A DNA stretch of 62,933 bases, the filler included, from Octopus bimaculoides (Eukaryota): NCBI RefSeq assembly GCF_001194135.2. It is 6 parts of 6 records of this genome, joined end to end, with 100 filler letters (N's around TTAATTAATTAA, not from the genome) between each part and the next. Parts side by side here need not be neighbours in the genome. Positions count along the whole stretch, not along the records: positions 59,139 to 61,715 come from NW_026317335.1; positions 61,816 to 62,933 come from NW_026432547.1; 4 more parts are not named here. The stretch is one strand, 5' to 3'. The translations under genes and the position numbers were made by a program. Below are positions 59,268 to 62,933 of the stretch, piece by piece. The number at the start of each line of letters is the position of its first letter. The first letter of the stretch is position 1. Under the pieces are notes generated by a model. The model had not been told where the DNA came from and did no database searches. It saw only the letters and a program-made list of their open reading frames with translations.

Positions 59268-60849
59268 CTACATAGCAGATATACAAACATAGTAAATTTT
59301 GCTATTTCTCCTTATTGGGTTCTTATCAGAGGTGTCATCACTTGACCAATCCCACAGAAATATTTAGCCACTATGTTTATATATGCAACACCCACCAGCT
59401 TCAAAGATCTGGAGCTGCTAATTTGCTTCCTCTAAATGTTTAATGCCTTATTTAATATAAGCAGCATATCGATAAAGATATCTGTACACACACAATTTCT
59501 AGGTATAAGTTTGAAAGCTGAATCAATAGAGAGGATTTATAAGTAGATCAAATTGCCAAGCAGTTTAAATGCAAAAGTCTCTGATATCCAGGTGGCTAAG
59601 AAGTGCCAGTAGAAGGGCACCCAGTAATCATGACCTGGATGCAGCCCCTTCCTCCACCCTTAAAGTGTAAGAAGCTAAGGGCTGAAACATTTGTCTGAAA
59701 GGGGTTTCTTCTTTGAAGACCTTGTGCTGATCAGCTCTCTTGAGAGTTCTTACTACTATGTGTAAACCTAGGTAGTACACACATGTAATGTGATAATCTC
59801 CATTGAACTGAAAAAACAACGAACAGCTTTAATCAATTTTCGGACCTAAGTGGACACTCATCAGAGGTGTCTATATCACTTGATCAGTCCCAGAAAAGCA
59901 AGTTATCAATCTGTTTTATCTGCTTATACATGCATGTATATTAGTTATGAGGATGTGTGCTTGCATGACAAATGACCAGTATTTAGAACTCTATGTATGA
60001 TCCTGTTCATGTTATTGTTTTCATGTTCATATCATCCCATATGAATCTGGAGTTTGGGTATTTCACAAAGTACATGTAGAAAATAAAGCAAAAGACAAGT
60101 GTTTATTTATGATATATTTAACTAAACCATTAGTTGGCAGTAGTTGTCTCCCTTTCTCTCTCCCCCCCCCACCCCAATTATTTAGAAGTGGTTGGTATTT
60201 GGTTATCAAAGCCATTTCTTTGTTGATGTGTTAGTGTTATGTTTTGTAATTATTAAATGAATATAGGAGAGAAAAATCATAAAATATTAAAATTATCTGA
60301 TAAGCAGCTGACTTCTGTTATCGATTAGGAAAAGAGTAGGATCTCTCTTCTCTGAGGAGTATTCAACAAATCATGGAATGGTCAGGTAAGAGACACGTAT
60401 ATTCTGCACATTAATATCATAGAAAATGTGTGCTTACACTTTTAATTCACCCACAGTGAGGCTTCGTAGTATTAAAAATAAGCAAATATCTAGTGTTTTC
60501 TAAGAAAAACTTACTTTATGTACCTGAGCGACATTAAAACACTAAGAGAATTTCGGTGATGCAGATTGATCTGATAGATATAGTAGCCAAATCTCCCTCA
60601 CATCACTCATCCTAATCACATACAAAAAAGAACCCTTTGCATCATGTAAATTTTGATATACAAATAGTTGGAATGGTCATGACTGGAATGTCTATCATCA
60701 TAGATCAAGTCATTATGTATTGAAGAGAGGCTAAACAGCCACGATCATTGCAAAAAGAAAAGGTTATTGTGTTGAATATAATAATCACAATTACAATAAA
60801 AAAAAAAGCCTTTACCCTTTCAAATGTGACAACATGCCAAACACTATCA

Positions 60850-61001
60850 CGAAATCTAATAACATCATGGTCATCAACGTCATCATGAATATGATCAGGA
60901 TCATCATCTTGATCGTCATCACCATCATAATCATCACCACCACCACCACCACCATCATCGTCATAGGCGTTGTCATCACTATCATCATCATCACCACCAC
61001 C

Positions 61002-61047
<46 letters not shown>

Positions 61048-61050
61048 GCC
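60850..61050. repeat. Degenerate (CAT/CAC/CAA)n triplet tract
   Basis: Mixed trinucleotide microsatellite. Confidence 0.9.
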
Positions 61051-61214
61051 AGAAATTCTTACCCAACCTCTTAACACCATTTATATAGATTCCATATGAA
61101 AATGATGCTGAAGAAGATGGTAGAAGAAAGAAACAAAAGAGATTGGGTAGNNNNNNNNNNNNNNNNNNNNNNNNNNNNNNNNNNNNNNNNNNNNNNNNNN
61201 NTATATATAATATG

Positions 61215-61251
<37 letters not shown>

Positions 61252-61392
61252 AATATACTTACATACATATACATATATGTAATATAATGTATTCATACAT
61301 ACAGATATATGCATATGTACATAAACATTTATATGTGAGTGTATGTATGTATGTATACATGTGTATGTGTATACGTATATATATGTATATGC

Positions 61393-61427
<35 letters not shown>

Positions 61428-61440
61428 TACAGGAGAAAAG

Positions 61441-61477
<37 letters not shown>

Positions 61478-61715
61478 GAAGAGATAAAGAGAATGAACTC
61501 TACCAAGAGAATAAGGAAATGAAAGCTGAATGAATCACTTAGTTCAAGTTTAGTCACCATAGAAAACAGACTTTCACTGAAGAATAATGACTATCAGCTG
61601 TTTCCAGACACAATTCCTTCTTGTCATTTTCCTCCTTTTTAAATATTTTTCCTCTCTGCAATTCCTCTTCCTCTTCTTCTCCACCACCACCACCACCACC
61701 ACCAACATTAACAAC

Positions 61716-61815
61716 NNNNNNNNNNNNNNNNNNNNNNNNNNNNNNNNNNNNNNNNNNNNTTAATTAATTAANNNNNNNNNNNNNNNNNNNNNNNNNNNNN
61801 NNNNNNNNNNNNNNN
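61716..61815. other. Artificial assembly join linker 5
   Basis: N44-TTAATTAATTAA-N44. Confidence 0.97.
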
Positions 61816-61899
61816 TCGACTTTGCCTTTCATCCTTTCGGGGTCTATAAAATAAGTACCAGTTGCGTACTGGGGTCGATGTAATCGACTGTTTTTGCTT

Positions 61900-62225
61900 T
61901 TGAGAGATAAGCCTTTCTACCATAAGCATAAGTCCTGAAATTTAGGGGGAGACCATAGAGCTCAAAAAGTACGCATTACATCGTCCCCTGTGCTCAACTG
62001 GTCGTCAATTTATCGGTCCCAGTATTCAACTGGTATTTATTTTATCCTCCCCAGTACCAAACTGGCACTATTTTACCGCCCTCTGCGCTCAACTGCTACA
62101 TATTTTACATTCCCCGAAAGGACGAACGGTGGAGTCGACACTGGTAGTATTTGAACTCAGAACGTAAAGACGGACGATATATCGCTAAGCGTTTTATCCG
62201 GCGTGTTAACGGTTCAGCCATCTCA
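61900..62225 (-). mobile_element. SINE family B with internally amplified module
   Basis: Family B head at about 62130-62225 and four diverged 31-32 bp units at 61981-62107. Confidence 0.7.
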
Positions 62226-62409
62226 CTGCCTCGCAAAGAGATGCAGCAGCAATAATGAATATACAAGGAAGATTGTGACAACAGCAATAACTGTTAAGAT
62301 ATTAACAATCTAAGTGACAGCCACATCGAAATTGACAGGATTAGCGCGAACATGGACGATGGTGACATCGGCAAGAAATATGAAAACAAGCGTCATTGGC
62401 ATGAAGCAA

Positions 62410-62517
62410 CGGCGACAACAACAACAACAACAACAACAAAGACATCGAAATAATGAAAAAAGAAAACATCAACGTGCACATGAGTAACATCAGCAGCAGC
62501 ATCAACATCATCGACAG

Positions 62518-62565
<48 letters not shown>

Positions 62566-62900
62566 TAACATTTTCATCAACATCATCATCATCAGCAGCA
62601 GCAGTAGCAGCAACATGACCATCATCATTATCATCATCATTATCATCATCATCACCACAAACATCACCAGCATCAAGACCATCATCAGCATCGTCAACAT
62701 CATCGTCATCATCAACATCATCATCATTTTCGTCATCATCATCATCATCATCATTATCAACATCATCATCATCAATGCCATCATCATTTTCGTCATCATC
62801 GTCGTCATTATCATCATCATAATCATCGTCATCACAGCCATCACCATCATCAACATCATCATCATCGTCATCATCATTATCAGCATCAACAACAACATCA
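62410..62900. repeat. Degenerate (CAT)n low-complexity tract
   Basis: About 0.5 kb of CAT/CAA/CAG/CGT triplets, which explains the poly-I and poly-M ORFs. Confidence 0.92.
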
Positions 62901-62933
62901 AAAATATAACGATCAAACGTGCACTTGAGTAAC

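Noticed and set aside
59824-59872. Minus-strand CUGAUGA...GAAA motif (partial duplicate near 59325)
   Set aside because: Stems I and II pair poorly. It may be an old PLE repeat but is too decayed to call a ribozyme.
62341-62932. 191-aa poly-M and 159-aa poly-I ORFs (also 60812-61088 and 57497-57862)
   Set aside because: Translations of triplet microsatellites with no domain or splice support.

Overview
Eukaryotic, AT-rich, repeat-dense draft genome sequence. It is very probably an octopod cephalopod (Octopus-like), judged from recalled SINE families and not from a database search. The only host gene I can support is the 3' part of an Aurora kinase: four + strand GT-AG exons at 1961-2099, 10033-10181, 11107-11338 and 12440-12559, with the N-terminal exons upstream of the window. 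The rest is intron or intergenic DNA filled with tRNA-derived SINEs, decayed non-LTR retrotransposons (Tx1/L1-like, RTE, R4/Dong), Penelope-like elements (PLEs), mariner, hAT and piggyBac relics or MITEs, a Helitron 3' end, microsatellites and N-gaps. Five identical N44-TTAATTAATTAA-N44 linkers show that the window joins six separately assembled pieces, so adjacency across them is unreliable. The best leads are: (1) a PLE family whose terminal repeat carries a tRNA-like Pol III promoter directly upstream of a minimal hammerhead ribozyme, seen in three copies; (2) several further minimal hammerheads, including core variants; (3) a possible Tx1-SINE tail partnership and SINE-targeted insertion; (4) a mariner with an inverted 3' duplication. 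Most six-frame ORFs are N-gap or microsatellite artefacts. Repeat boundaries were read by eye and are approximate unless a target-site duplication (TSD) or terminal inverted repeat (TIR) is quoted.
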